Virus record (IMG/VR): IMGVR_UViG_3300020037_001477
Reading direction: 5' to 3' (one strand)
Length of the DNA: 20,000 nt
Source: an uncultured virus (IMG/VR IMGVR_UViG_3300020037_001477)
Lineage: Duplodnaviria; Heunggongvirae; Uroviricota; Caudoviricetes
The notes under the pieces were generated by a model, which was not told the origin of the DNA, ran no database searches, and worked only from the letters and a program-made list of their open reading frames with translations. This document shows positions 1 through 7,843 of the stretch, in pieces; the first letter of the stretch is position 1; the number at the start of each line of letters is the position of its first letter. Both the position numbers and the translations under genes were made by a program.

Positions 1-51
1 ATGGACGAGCTTCGTCGTCAGATCGAGCGCAAGCTGACCACCAGTCCGTAG
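1..51 (+). CDS. 3' end of an upstream gene (probably truncated by the window edge), ...MDELRRQIERKLTTSP*
   Basis: Open frame from position 1 to TAG at 49-51. The stop overlaps the AGGAGG Shine-Dalgarno (SD) of the next gene. Confidence 0.55.
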   Translation: MDELRRQIERKLTTSP

Positions 52-60
52 GAGGCCCCT

Positions 61-609
61 ATGCTTTTGACGACCCTGTCGTCGTTCCTCGGGCTGGCGG
101 CGAGTGCCGTCCCCGCGTTCATCGACTACTTCAAAATGAAGCAGTCGCAGAAGCACGAGATCGCGCTGCTCGGACTGCAAATCCAGGCGCAGGTGCAGAT
201 GGGGCAGTTGAACCTCCAGATGATCCAGACGCAAGGCGACGTCTCGGAGATGATGGCGCGCTTCCAGTTCGCAGCGCCGACAGGCAGCGCGACGTGGGCC
301 GACCGCCTCAACATCTCCGTGCGCCCCATCGTCACGTTCGGGTTCTTCGGGCTCTACGCTTTCATCAAGATCATCCTGACCATGGTCATGCTGATTGCCT
401 ACCCGTTCAGCGTCATGCAGGCCGCACCGAACATTGCGTGGTACGATCTGCTCACTCTTGTCGCCGAGAAACTCACGACCACTGTGTGGGGTGAGGGCGA
501 TCACCTGATCTTCTCGACGATCCTTAGCTTCTGGTTTGGCGACCGCATGTTCAACAAGGGCCGTAACGTCACGGCTCAGCCCGCGCTCGCCTTGCCGAAG
601 ACGTCCTAA
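61..609 (+). CDS. Putative holin (3-TM, GTA-holin-like family)
   Basis: Strong AGGAGG SD. Hydrophobic N-terminus, 'SVRPIVTFGFFGLY' and 'ILSFWFGDR' segments typical of 3TM holins. Lies upstream of an endolysin. Confidence 0.75.
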   Translation: MLLTTLSSFLGLAASAVPAFIDYFKMKQSQKHEIALLGLQIQAQVQMGQLNLQMIQTQGDVSEMMARFQFAAPTGSATWADRLNISVRPIVTFGFFGLYAFIKIILTMVMLIAYPFSVMQAAPNIAWYDLLTLVAEKLTTTVWGEGDHLIFSTILSFWFGDRMFNKGRNVTAQPALALPKTS

Positions 610-632
610 CCCCCACCAACAGGAGAGCCAGA

Positions 633-836
633 ATGACTTCGTCTGTCGCCGAAAAGAAGTCGCGCATCGAACAGGCCGTCGAGGCTGATCGGGCAGCGAT
701 CACCGACGACCGCGCCGTCACGTTCAACGGCAAGTGGCCGAGCGTCGAGTTCATCGAGAACTTCAAGCCGTGGAACGTGCGCGAGCGCAAGCCGCGCAAG
801 GCCCCGGCGGCTCCGGCGAGCGACGCGCAGGAGTAA
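633..836 (+). CDS. Small hypothetical protein (67 aa) in the lysis cassette
   Basis: AGGAG SD at about 621-625. Fills the gap between holin and endolysin, with GC-rich third codon positions. Confidence 0.7.
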   Translation: MTSSVAEKKSRIEQAVEADRAAITDDRAVTFNGKWPSVEFIENFKPWNVRERKPRKAPAAPASDAQE

Positions 837-842
837 GCTCTC

Positions 843-1376
843 GTGAATGCTCTGGCTGAACAGCCTCTCCCGAGGTTCCTGACTCAGCCCAAGCTGGCTC
901 CGGGACTGGTGCGGCTTGTCTCTACCTATGAGACAAGCGACCAGGGCGTGGCGTTCATCCAGAGCTACGAGCGTTTCTCGGCGACCGTTTACAAAGACCA
1001 GGGCGGGCTACCAACCATCGGGTGGGGCCATCTGATCAAGCCCGGTGAGAAGTTCGACGAGCCGATGTCGCGGGAGACGGGGGACGCGCTTTTCCGCGAA
1101 GACCTGAAGGAACACGAGCGTGCTGTGCTCAAGCTGTTTGCGATGCCGCTGGCGCAGCACCAGTTCGATGCGTTGGTGTCGTTCGCGTTCAACGTGGGGA
1201 CCGGGGCGTTGCAACGATCAACGCTACGTCAGATGATCCTGCACAGGATGGAGCAAGAAGTTCCCTACCAGTTTCTCCGCTGGAACAAGGTACAAGGCAA
1301 GGTGTCGAACGGGCTCACCCGTCGTCGCGTCGCCGAGGCCATCATCTACACGCAAGGTGTCTATGTCCCAAATTGA
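843..1376 (+). CDS. Endolysin, GH24 (T4/P22-type) lysozyme
   Basis: Catalytic triad E-x8-D-x5-T (ERFSATVYKDQGGLPT), plus IGWGH, 'QFDALVSFAFNVG' and 'GLTRRRVAE'. GGAG SD before a GTG start. Confidence 0.95.
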   Translation: MNALAEQPLPRFLTQPKLAPGLVRLVSTYETSDQGVAFIQSYERFSATVYKDQGGLPTIGWGHLIKPGEKFDEPMSRETGDALFREDLKEHERAVLKLFAMPLAQHQFDALVSFAFNVGTGALQRSTLRQMILHRMEQEVPYQFLRWNKVQGKVSNGLTRRRVAEAIIYTQGVYVPN

Positions 1377-1671
1377 TATCGCGAAGGTGCTCTTTGCCAA
1401 GGGCAAGGGGCCGAAGGTTCCCGCCAAGCTAACCCAGACCGAGGCACTGGTGCTCGTGATCCGCTACTGGATCACGGTCAACAGCATCTCGATCTGGAAG
1501 CTCAACCACAAGCTGGGGTTCACCGATCACAAGCTGCGCGACATCATGTCGCCTGAGTGGAACCCGACGTACCAAACGCTCGTCGCTATCGAGCGCCTGA
1601 TCGTCAAGACTGGCTTGACAGGCCCCGCGCTAGAAGCGCTGCGTCAGCCTCCAGGGAAGCGAAGCCGCTAG
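1363..1671 (+). CDS. Small basic protein, possibly XRE/HTH-like
   Basis: ATG at 1363 with AAGGTG upstream, overlapping the endolysin end. 'SIWKLNHKLGFTDHKLRDIMSPEWNPTYQTLVAIE' resembles an XRE HTH with the NPT..TL tail. Confidence 0.55.
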   Translation: MSQIDIAKVLFAKGKGPKVPAKLTQTEALVLVIRYWITVNSISIWKLNHKLGFTDHKLRDIMSPEWNPTYQTLVAIERLIVKTGLTGPALEALRQPPGKRSR

Positions 1672-2395
1672 TGTTGGAGAGCGTGTAGTCCACGTCCCAG
1701 GACCAGTGCGTGCCCTCGCTGACGTGATCGTAGCTTTCCAGTTCCTTGTCGCGTGTCAGGCGGACCACCTTGCCACCGGCCCGCTTGACCGCGAGGAACT
1801 CGTTGTCGAAACGCACGTCACCCCACAGGACCATCTTCGCGCCCTGCTTGCGCACGAGGTCCGACTTCCATAGGGCGATCTTCACCCACATATCGTTGTC
1901 GACGTGCCGGCCAACTTCGGTGCCCATCAACTGGAGCACACGACGCCCGGTCGTCGGGATCATGTACTCGTAGTGCTTCAGCGCCAACGGGTCTGTCTCC
2001 ATCATGGAGACCATGCGGCGGTCCTGCTCATAGCCGAGTTCCTCGCCCATCACGACGACAGCCCGTGCCGCGAGCTTCTCCGTGAACGCATGGTGATCGC
2101 CGAACGCGGCGACGAGATCGCGGTCGCTCATGGAGTTGATGCAGGCCTTGGCGAAGACGCGCATCGCCGGGACGGAGTTGGGGCCGACAGCGAAGCGCGG
2201 CAACGGCAGCGGCGCTTTCTTCCCCTCGCTGGTATAGAGGAACCACTGGTTGATGTTGAACGCCACGGTGCAGGCATACTTCAGAGGATCGGCGAGGTTC
2301 ACTTCCTTCGCCGCCTCGTGCCCCAGCGCCTTCGCCATCAAGCGCAGCGCCGTGGTCTTCCCAGCGCCAATGTCCCCGCAGATACCGACGATCAT
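1604..2395 (-). CDS. Deoxynucleoside monophosphate kinase (T4 gp1-like)
   Basis: P-loop 'IVGICGDIGAGKTT', plus 'LADPLK', 'RRVLQLMGTEVGR', 'DVRFDNE' and 'HVSE'. Start set at 2395 from the ATGA overlap with the upstream stop and GGAGG 9 nt upstream. Confidence 0.9.
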   Translation of the reverse strand: MIVGICGDIGAGKTTALRLMAKALGHEAAKEVNLADPLKYACTVAFNINQWFLYTSEGKKAPLPLPRFAVGPNSVPAMRVFAKACINSMSDRDLVAAFGDHHAFTEKLAARAVVVMGEELGYEQDRRMVSMMETDPLALKHYEYMIPTTGRRVLQLMGTEVGRHVDNDMWVKIALWKSDLVRKQGAKMVLWGDVRFDNEFLAVKRAGGKVVRLTRDKELESYDHVSEGTHWSWDVDYTLSNTSGFASLEADAALLARGLSSQS

Positions 2396-2796
2396 CGGAA
2401 CCATCCTCCCATGTTGGAATGCACAACTGCCGCGACGAACGTCGCTCCTACCGCCCAGATCGTCAACCAGACATTGACGACCGCGAGCCTGTTGGCATGC
2501 ACGGTCTTCCGCTGGGCGACGCCGCGCATGTCTTTGTAGCCGTCCTTGTAGGACTTCAACTCGTTCTCAGCTTCGGTGAGCGCGAGCTTCGTCTCGTTGA
2601 GCAGCACGTCGGTGTCGATCACCCCGGCGTTGGTGGCTTCCGAGCGCATCGCGCCAAGCTGGCGATGGATTTCGTCGAGCGCGCCGCGCGCACCTTCCAT
2701 GCCAGCACCCCCACCGACAAGGCATCGCCGCGCGTCGAAGACGAGCTTCGCTGCGTCGCTGAGCCCCCTGACGTAGGCCGCAGGAGTTTCGTTCAT
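2392..2796 (-). CDS. Hypothetical coiled-coil protein with C-terminal TM helix
   Basis: AAGGA SD and ATG at 2796, just after the polA stop. Hydrophobic C-terminal segment LAVVNVWLTIWAVGATFVAAVV. Confidence 0.7.
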   Translation of the reverse strand: MNETPAAYVRGLSDAAKLVFDARRCLVGGGAGMEGARGALDEIHRQLGAMRSEATNAGVIDTDVLLNETKLALTEAENELKSYKDGYKDMRGVAQRKTVHANRLAVVNVWLTIWAVGATFVAAVVHSNMGGWFR

Positions 2797-2800
2797 GTGT

Positions 2801-5002
2801 CTAGTCCTTTGCATCGGCCCAATTGTCTCCGATCCCGCCAGAGACAAGGCCATTGGTAGGCATCTGCGGGAAGATGGTGGTCGCGGCCCAGATCAGGGTC
2901 TCCTTCATGACCTCGAACGCTTCGGCCGCGTCGTGCTCCGCCACGTCGGCGATCAACTCGTCATGCACCGTGTGAACGAGATGCGCGTCGAGCCGATAGT
3001 CGGGCTCGACCTGCCACACCTTGGGGAACCGGCTGAGCGCGAGCAGCATGATCTCCGCCGCGCCGCCCTGCGAGGGCGTGTTGATCGCCTTGGTGAAGGT
3101 ACCACCGCGAGGCTTGTAGACGTTGCCGCACGGCGTCCACAGGAAGCCGCTGACCTCGGCCTGCGCCTCCTGGAGGTTCTTCCACGCCTTGAAGTCCACG
3201 AACAGATCGAGGATCGCGTGCTGGATCGCAGTGGCTTCGTCGACCGTGATGACGATCTTGCTCTTCCGCAGCAACAGCGTGAGACCCTTGGGCTGCTGGC
3301 CGAACAGCAGACCGAACAATGCGTTCTTCGCCGCCTGTCGCATCCACTTTCCCGCGCCCTTTTTGAAGAACGCGACGACGTCAAGACGCGCAGCGAAGTT
3401 CAGCAGATCGGTCAGGTCGATCTGGCCGAAGGTGGTGCGGACCAGCGGGTGGGATTGGAAGCAGGCGCACGCCGTCATGACGTGAATGTCGAGGCCGCGC
3501 TGCACAGCTTCGAGCAGGAAGCGGTCCTTCGAGAGACAGGCCGGGACACGTAGCTCGATCTGCCCAAGGTCAAGCACGACGAACTTGCGGCCCTTCCTGG
3601 CTTTGAAGAGCTTCCTGAAGTTTCTCTTCAACTCGTCGTCTTCGTCAGGGCGCTTGATCGTCTGGAGCGCCGGCTCCGTCACAGAGAAGCGGAACGTCTC
3701 CGTGCCGCCGATCCTGAAGTTCGCGTGGATGTTCTGCGTGAACGGATTGATGTGGCGTCGCAGGTTCCAGCCGAGCGTCTCGAACTCTTTCTTTACCTCG
3801 GCCCATTCGATCAGGCACTCCAGCGGGTATTGAAGCTCCTGGACGATCATGTGCTTGTACTGCTCAAGCGTGTCTTGCCCGGTCGACATCGCGCCCGTGT
3901 CGGTGACGGGCCAGTCGCCGACCGTGCGCGCTCCGGTGTTGAGCAGCACCCACTGCACCCACGCTGAGACCTGCGCGTAGCTTCCGGGGTTCTGCACCTT
4001 CGGCGCGCCCGGCGGGCTGTGCGCCTTGAACGCTTCAAGCGTGCGGTCGTGCAGCGCATCATACTCGCGCTCCATTTCCTCGCACATCTTCCAATGCAAC
4101 TCGGCGTCGAAGCCGATGCCGTGCGTCACCACTTCGTTCACCGCTGGCATCGCGCCGCGCAGCAGGTTGTAGACACGGCGGCAATTCTCCTGCGGCAGAC
4201 GCTTGATCTCGCTGATGAAGCGGTCCTGTGCCCAGAAGAGTTCGTAGGTCGCGACCACGTCGGTCGAGGCGTAGCTGATCTGCTCGACCGTCAGCGTCGG
4301 TGCGCCCCAATCACTGACCTGAAGCTGCTTCGAGAGTTTCTTCCCGAGATGCTGGTCGCAGAGGTATGCCAGCGTGCGCGTCATGCCGGACAGCGACGTG
4401 ATCGCCACGTTCTGGAGCATCGTGCAGTGCGGCGTCTTGGCCGGCGCGAAGCCGTACTGGCTCAGCATCTTCATGTCGAACGATAGATAGTGGCCGACCC
4501 AGGCCACGCCCGGCGAGTTCAGAAACTCGTAGAGCGGTTCGAGAGCTTCGCGAGACAGCACATGCAGATCGGCGACGAGCACCGTGTCTCCGCCCCAATA
4601 GACCTGGATCAGGCGGACGTTGCCGGTGCCGACGTTGAGACCGCCTTCACGCACGTTCTTCGAGCACTGCTCGCTCCACGCCTCGGCGTCGAGCAGCGCT
4701 TGGCGCATGTTGATCCAGAGGTCGGAGTTCTGATCCTTCGACTTCACCGCCTCGAAGTTGGCGCGTGCCTGCCTCTCGAACTCCTGCGCCTCGGCGAACT
4801 CTTTCTTCACCGCCTCGACGCAGTAGGTCTCGACGTCGACACAGATCAGCAGCGGGTTGTTGGGATCGAGGTTCTGGGGGATCGCGTTGGCGAGCGCGTC
4901 GCGGGTGGTCGGGACCAGGACAGTCTTGTTCCAGAGGAAGTTGAAAAACCCCCCTGGCAAATGAGCTTCCGGTTGGGCTGCGGCGGTCACGGCTGCGGTC
5001 AT
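2801..5002 (-). CDS. polA: Phage family A DNA polymerase with 3'-5' exonuclease domain (no 5'-3' exonuclease domain)
   Basis: ExoI DVET, ExoII HYLSFD, ExoIII YASTD; motif A DLGQIELR, motif B RQAAKNALFGLLFG, NTPSQG, motif C VHDEL. ATG at 5002 follows AAAGGGAA (alternative GTG start at 5032). Confidence 0.95.
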   Translation of the reverse strand: MTAAVTAAAQPEAHLPGGFFNFLWNKTVLVPTTRDALANAIPQNLDPNNPLLICVDVETYCVEAVKKEFAEAQEFERQARANFEAVKSKDQNSDLWINMRQALLDAEAWSEQCSKNVREGGLNVGTGNVRLIQVYWGGDTVLVADLHVLSREALEPLYEFLNSPGVAWVGHYLSFDMKMLSQYGFAPAKTPHCTMLQNVAITSLSGMTRTLAYLCDQHLGKKLSKQLQVSDWGAPTLTVEQISYASTDVVATYELFWAQDRFISEIKRLPQENCRRVYNLLRGAMPAVNEVVTHGIGFDAELHWKMCEEMEREYDALHDRTLEAFKAHSPPGAPKVQNPGSYAQVSAWVQWVLLNTGARTVGDWPVTDTGAMSTGQDTLEQYKHMIVQELQYPLECLIEWAEVKKEFETLGWNLRRHINPFTQNIHANFRIGGTETFRFSVTEPALQTIKRPDEDDELKRNFRKLFKARKGRKFVVLDLGQIELRVPACLSKDRFLLEAVQRGLDIHVMTACACFQSHPLVRTTFGQIDLTDLLNFAARLDVVAFFKKGAGKWMRQAAKNALFGLLFGQQPKGLTLLLRKSKIVITVDEATAIQHAILDLFVDFKAWKNLQEAQAEVSGFLWTPCGNVYKPRGGTFTKAINTPSQGGAAEIMLLALSRFPKVWQVEPDYRLDAHLVHTVHDELIADVAEHDAAEAFEVMKETLIWAATTIFPQMPTNGLVSGGIGDNWADAKD

Positions 5003-5029
5003 GGTGTTTCCCTTTTGTCTCTCGGTCGT

Positions 5030-5067
5030 CACCCCCTCCCCCGGTCTACGCTCCAGGGGAGGGGGTG
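5030..5067. promoter_or_regulatory. GC-rich inverted repeat (hairpin) upstream of polA
   Basis: CACCCCCTCCCC (5030-5041) pairs perfectly with GGGGAGGGGGTG (5056-5067). On the minus-strand RNA it extends by one G-U and two more pairs. No U-tract follows. Confidence 0.65.
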
Positions 5068-5080
5068 CGCTCGACTGCCG

Positions 5081-5110
5081 GCGTCTAGGTGCCTGAACTC
5101 ACCTAGACGC
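5081..5110. promoter_or_regulatory. 11-bp perfect inverted repeat overlapping the stop codon of the SSB-like gene
   Basis: GCGTCTAGGTG (5081-5091), 8-nt loop, CACCTAGACGC (5100-5110). Confidence 0.65.
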
Positions 5111-6470
5111 TGCCGTCCCCGAGCGCCGCGTCGACCGCCGCGCCGGCCACGGCGGGGGCATCCGGCGCGGTGCCGGCGGGGGCGGCGGCAGGAGGCCGTC
5201 GCGGATGGCCACGGCGCGCGACCGGGGGAGCCCCGGCGGGAGCCGCCTGGGCGGGCGCAGGAGCGGCCTGGACCGGCGGGGGTGCCGCAGGTACCGGTGC
5301 CGGCGCAGGCGCAGCCACGGGCGCAGGGGCGGGCGCGGCCGGGGCCTGCTGGCCGTAGTCCACCACGGCGGTCGGGGCCGGGCCGGCGGGCACCGACTGG
5401 ACCGGCGGCGGGGCCTGGACCGGCGGCGCACCGGCTGCGACAAAACGACGCACCGGGGGAGCCATCGGCTGGGCCACCGCAGGGGCCGGCTGGGCACCGC
5501 CGAACTGCCGCGCCGGCTGCGGGGCCTGGACCTGCGGCGCGGCGACCGGGGCCGGCTGCTGGGGCGGGATCGTGCTAGGCCCCTCCCACGACGGCGGCGC
5601 GGCCTGCGGCTGGGGAGCCGCGTAGACCGGTGCCGGCGCGGCGACCGGGGCCGGCGCACCGCCGAACTGGCGCGGCGGCTGCGGCGCGGGTGCCGCGTAG
5701 ACCTGCGCCGTGGGAGCCGGCGGGGCGTAGGCCGGTGCCGGCGCGGCCGGCGGGGCGTAGGGCTGGCGCTGCACCTGCGGAGCCGGCGTCGGCTGATGGT
5801 TGATCGCCGCGCGCATGGTCGGCGGCAGCGAGACGCCGTAGCCTTCCATGAGCGCAATCGCCGAAAGCTCGTCCATCCACTGCGTGACGTCGAACACCGG
5901 GTAGGGCGTCGGGCCGTACTGCTTGTGGACGTAGGTGTCGGTGGTCGCGCGCACAATGATCTGCTCGCTCTCGGCGTGTCCCGTCTTGAGACCGGTCGAG
6001 TAGTCGCGCAGCAGCTTGGAGACAGCGTTCAACCCGCCCGTGCTCGACGAGATGAACATGCCGAAGATCGCCTCCTGCACCGGAGCCGAGGGGTCGGGCA
6101 GAATGAGCAACTCCAGCTTGACCGACTTCTGCCAGCCGTCGTTCTGCTTCGAGTACGGGCCGTGGTCAGGCAGCGACGTCTTCTCGGGGATGCGCTCGCC
6201 GGCCGAGTACCAGCGATCCTCGATGCACTGGCTGTTGCGCCAGCATTGCCAGCCGTACACCACGTTCTGGAGGTTCGGCATGAAGTAGAACTCGTTGTTG
6301 GGGAACTGCAAGCCCTCGCGGCCGAGCAGCCACCAACCCTTCTGAAACTTCACGTACTGCACGCCAGCGCTGCCAATGGCCGCAGCGGCGGCTTCAAGCT
6401 GCCGGACGTAGTCCGACTTCTGGTTCGGGTCGACAATCGCGGTACCCGGTCGATGTCCGATGTTCGTCAT
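5103..6470 (-). CDS. Putative phage single-stranded DNA-binding protein with a long Pro/Ala/Gln-rich tail
   Basis: N-terminal ~220 aa contain 'YVKFQKGWW', 'GWQCW', 'DGWQ', 'SSSTGGLNAV' and 'YVHKQYG..P.PVF.V..W', a pattern I associate with phage SSB-like proteins. Sits between nuclease and polA. The C-terminal half is low complexity. Confidence 0.65.
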   Translation of the reverse strand: MTNIGHRPGTAIVDPNQKSDYVRQLEAAAAAIGSAGVQYVKFQKGWWLLGREGLQFPNNEFYFMPNLQNVVYGWQCWRNSQCIEDRWYSAGERIPEKTSLPDHGPYSKQNDGWQKSVKLELLILPDPSAPVQEAIFGMFISSSTGGLNAVSKLLRDYSTGLKTGHAESEQIIVRATTDTYVHKQYGPTPYPVFDVTQWMDELSAIALMEGYGVSLPPTMRAAINHQPTPAPQVQRQPYAPPAAPAPAYAPPAPTAQVYAAPAPQPPRQFGGAPAPVAAPAPVYAAPQPQAAPPSWEGPSTIPPQQPAPVAAPQVQAPQPARQFGGAQPAPAVAQPMAPPVRRFVAAGAPPVQAPPPVQSVPAGPAPTAVVDYGQQAPAAPAPAPVAAPAPAPVPAAPPPVQAAPAPAQAAPAGAPPVARRGHPRRPPAAAPAGTAPDAPAVAGAAVDAALGDGSV

Positions 6471-6475
6471 CTGGC

Positions 6476-7606
6476 TTAGTCCACTTCCTCTGTTTGCTGG
6501 TTCCCCCTCTTGGGCGTGATGGTGAGCCGGGGGTAAAGCTCGCCACCTTCGAGAAACGGTGTCGGGTCGATGCCGGCCGCGAGCAGCTTGTCCTGCGAGA
6601 CACGCGTCGGGGTCTTCATCGAGAAGTAAGAGACAGAGCCAGACGGCGTCCGCACCGACTTGGTGCCAGCCTCCTGGAGTATCTGCTTCACGTCTTCACT
6701 GATCCGACCCGTCTCATGCTCAGCGAACTTTTTGCCGTCGTTCGCCTGCGCGTACTGCTGGATCAGCGGCTCGATCTTCTCAGCCACGCCAGGAGGCGCA
6801 GCCTTTTTGTCCTTCGGGATCATCGAGACAGCGGCCTTCGTGCATTCCTTTTTGAAGGCGCAATACTGACACTCGTTGCCCTCGTTGATGTAGAGCCCCT
6901 CCTGCCTTGGCAGGTTGGACAGCGAGCGCTCGTACATGATCTCGCTGGCGCGCCTCGTCAGGCGTTGCGCGTATTCCTCGTCGTACATCACGTAGTAGAG
7001 CTTACGCTCGCTGTAGAAACTCGCGTTCACGTAGAGGATCACGGCATAGCTGGGCATGTACTGGCCGACGCGGCGCAGGATGCTCATGCCCTGGATTGCC
7101 TGCGAGACGTGCTCGATCTTCGGTTCCTTCAGCCCGTCGAAGGCGCGCGGGTCGATGGACTTCACTTCGAGATAAAGCTGGTCGACGATGGCGTCCTCGA
7201 TCACGCGGCCGAGTTCGTCGAAACGCAGCGGCACAGCGATGATCGGCTGCGGCGCGACGAAGATGCCGTCAGGCGTCGCGCTCTGCGCGCCAATCACCAT
7301 GGTCTGTTGTGCGTCGCCGGCCAGATCGAGCCGCAAGCCTTCGGGGTGGTCCTTCAGCGCCGCGCGAAGCTGCTCGACGACCCAGGCCTCGACGTTGTGC
7401 CCACGCTCCAGCGCCCCGTAGTCCTGCTTGTAGGTCTTGTCCAAGGGCTGGTTGTGCTTCAGGTAGACGGTCTTCCGAGCACACTGCGAAATCTCCGACG
7501 CGCCGACCGTGTCGGCACGATTGTGGCCGGACCAGTCGCGCACGTTGTGCTGGGAATAGACGCCCTTGTCGATCAGACTGGAGACGTTCTCGAACGCGTC
7601 GGTCAT
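6476..7606 (-). CDS. Cas4-like PD-(D/E)xK exonuclease
   Basis: 'GASEISQCARK', 'ERGH', 'ATPDG', 'LEVKS' and 'CQYCAFKKEC' give four Cys in the Cas4/AddB Fe-S staple arrangement. Replication-module context. Confidence 0.85.
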   Translation of the reverse strand: MTDAFENVSSLIDKGVYSQHNVRDWSGHNRADTVGASEISQCARKTVYLKHNQPLDKTYKQDYGALERGHNVEAWVVEQLRAALKDHPEGLRLDLAGDAQQTMVIGAQSATPDGIFVAPQPIIAVPLRFDELGRVIEDAIVDQLYLEVKSIDPRAFDGLKEPKIEHVSQAIQGMSILRRVGQYMPSYAVILYVNASFYSERKLYYVMYDEEYAQRLTRRASEIMYERSLSNLPRQEGLYINEGNECQYCAFKKECTKAAVSMIPKDKKAAPPGVAEKIEPLIQQYAQANDGKKFAEHETGRISEDVKQILQEAGTKSVRTPSGSVSYFSMKTPTRVSQDKLLAAGIDPTPFLEGGELYPRLTITPKRGNQQTEEVD

Positions 7607-7609
7607 GGC

Positions 7610-7843
7610 CTATTCCTTTGTCCACATGGCGCGAGCACCGGCCCAAGCGAGTACGATGGCCAGCATCACAGTGATAAGCACGACGTGTCCGACCATAGCC
7701 GCAATCCACAGCGGGATCGAGACAGGGAACAGCACGACCGCCAGCCGACGCAACCACAACGGCCACTTATGCGCTGATACCGTGGTCTCAAAGCTATCGA
7801 CCGCGTGTTTGCCGATCAACTCGGCGATCTCGAAGTTGGTCAT
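7610..7843 (-). CDS. Small membrane protein (77 aa)
   Basis: ATG at 7843 overlaps the helicase TGA (ATGA), with GGAG upstream. Long hydrophobic stretch. Confidence 0.7.
   Translation of the reverse strand: MTNFEIAELIGKHAVDSFETTVSAHKWPLWLRRLAVVLFPVSIPLWIAAMVGHVVLITVMLAIVLAWAGARAMWTKE

Noticed and set aside
843..935. SAR or signal sequence on the endolysin
   Set aside because: The extension is Pro-rich and interrupted by charged residues, with no long hydrophobic stretch.
4646..4822. Mini-intein in PolA
   Set aside because: It starts with Cys but is only about 59 aa and has no terminal His-Asn followed by a nucleophile.
2801..5002. DpoZ / 2-aminoadenine genome assignment
   Set aside because: No purZ, datZ or mazZ-like gene is in the window, and I cannot match DpoZ-specific signatures by eye.
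5030..5067. Hairpin called as an intrinsic terminator
   Set aside because: No U-tract follows it on either strand.
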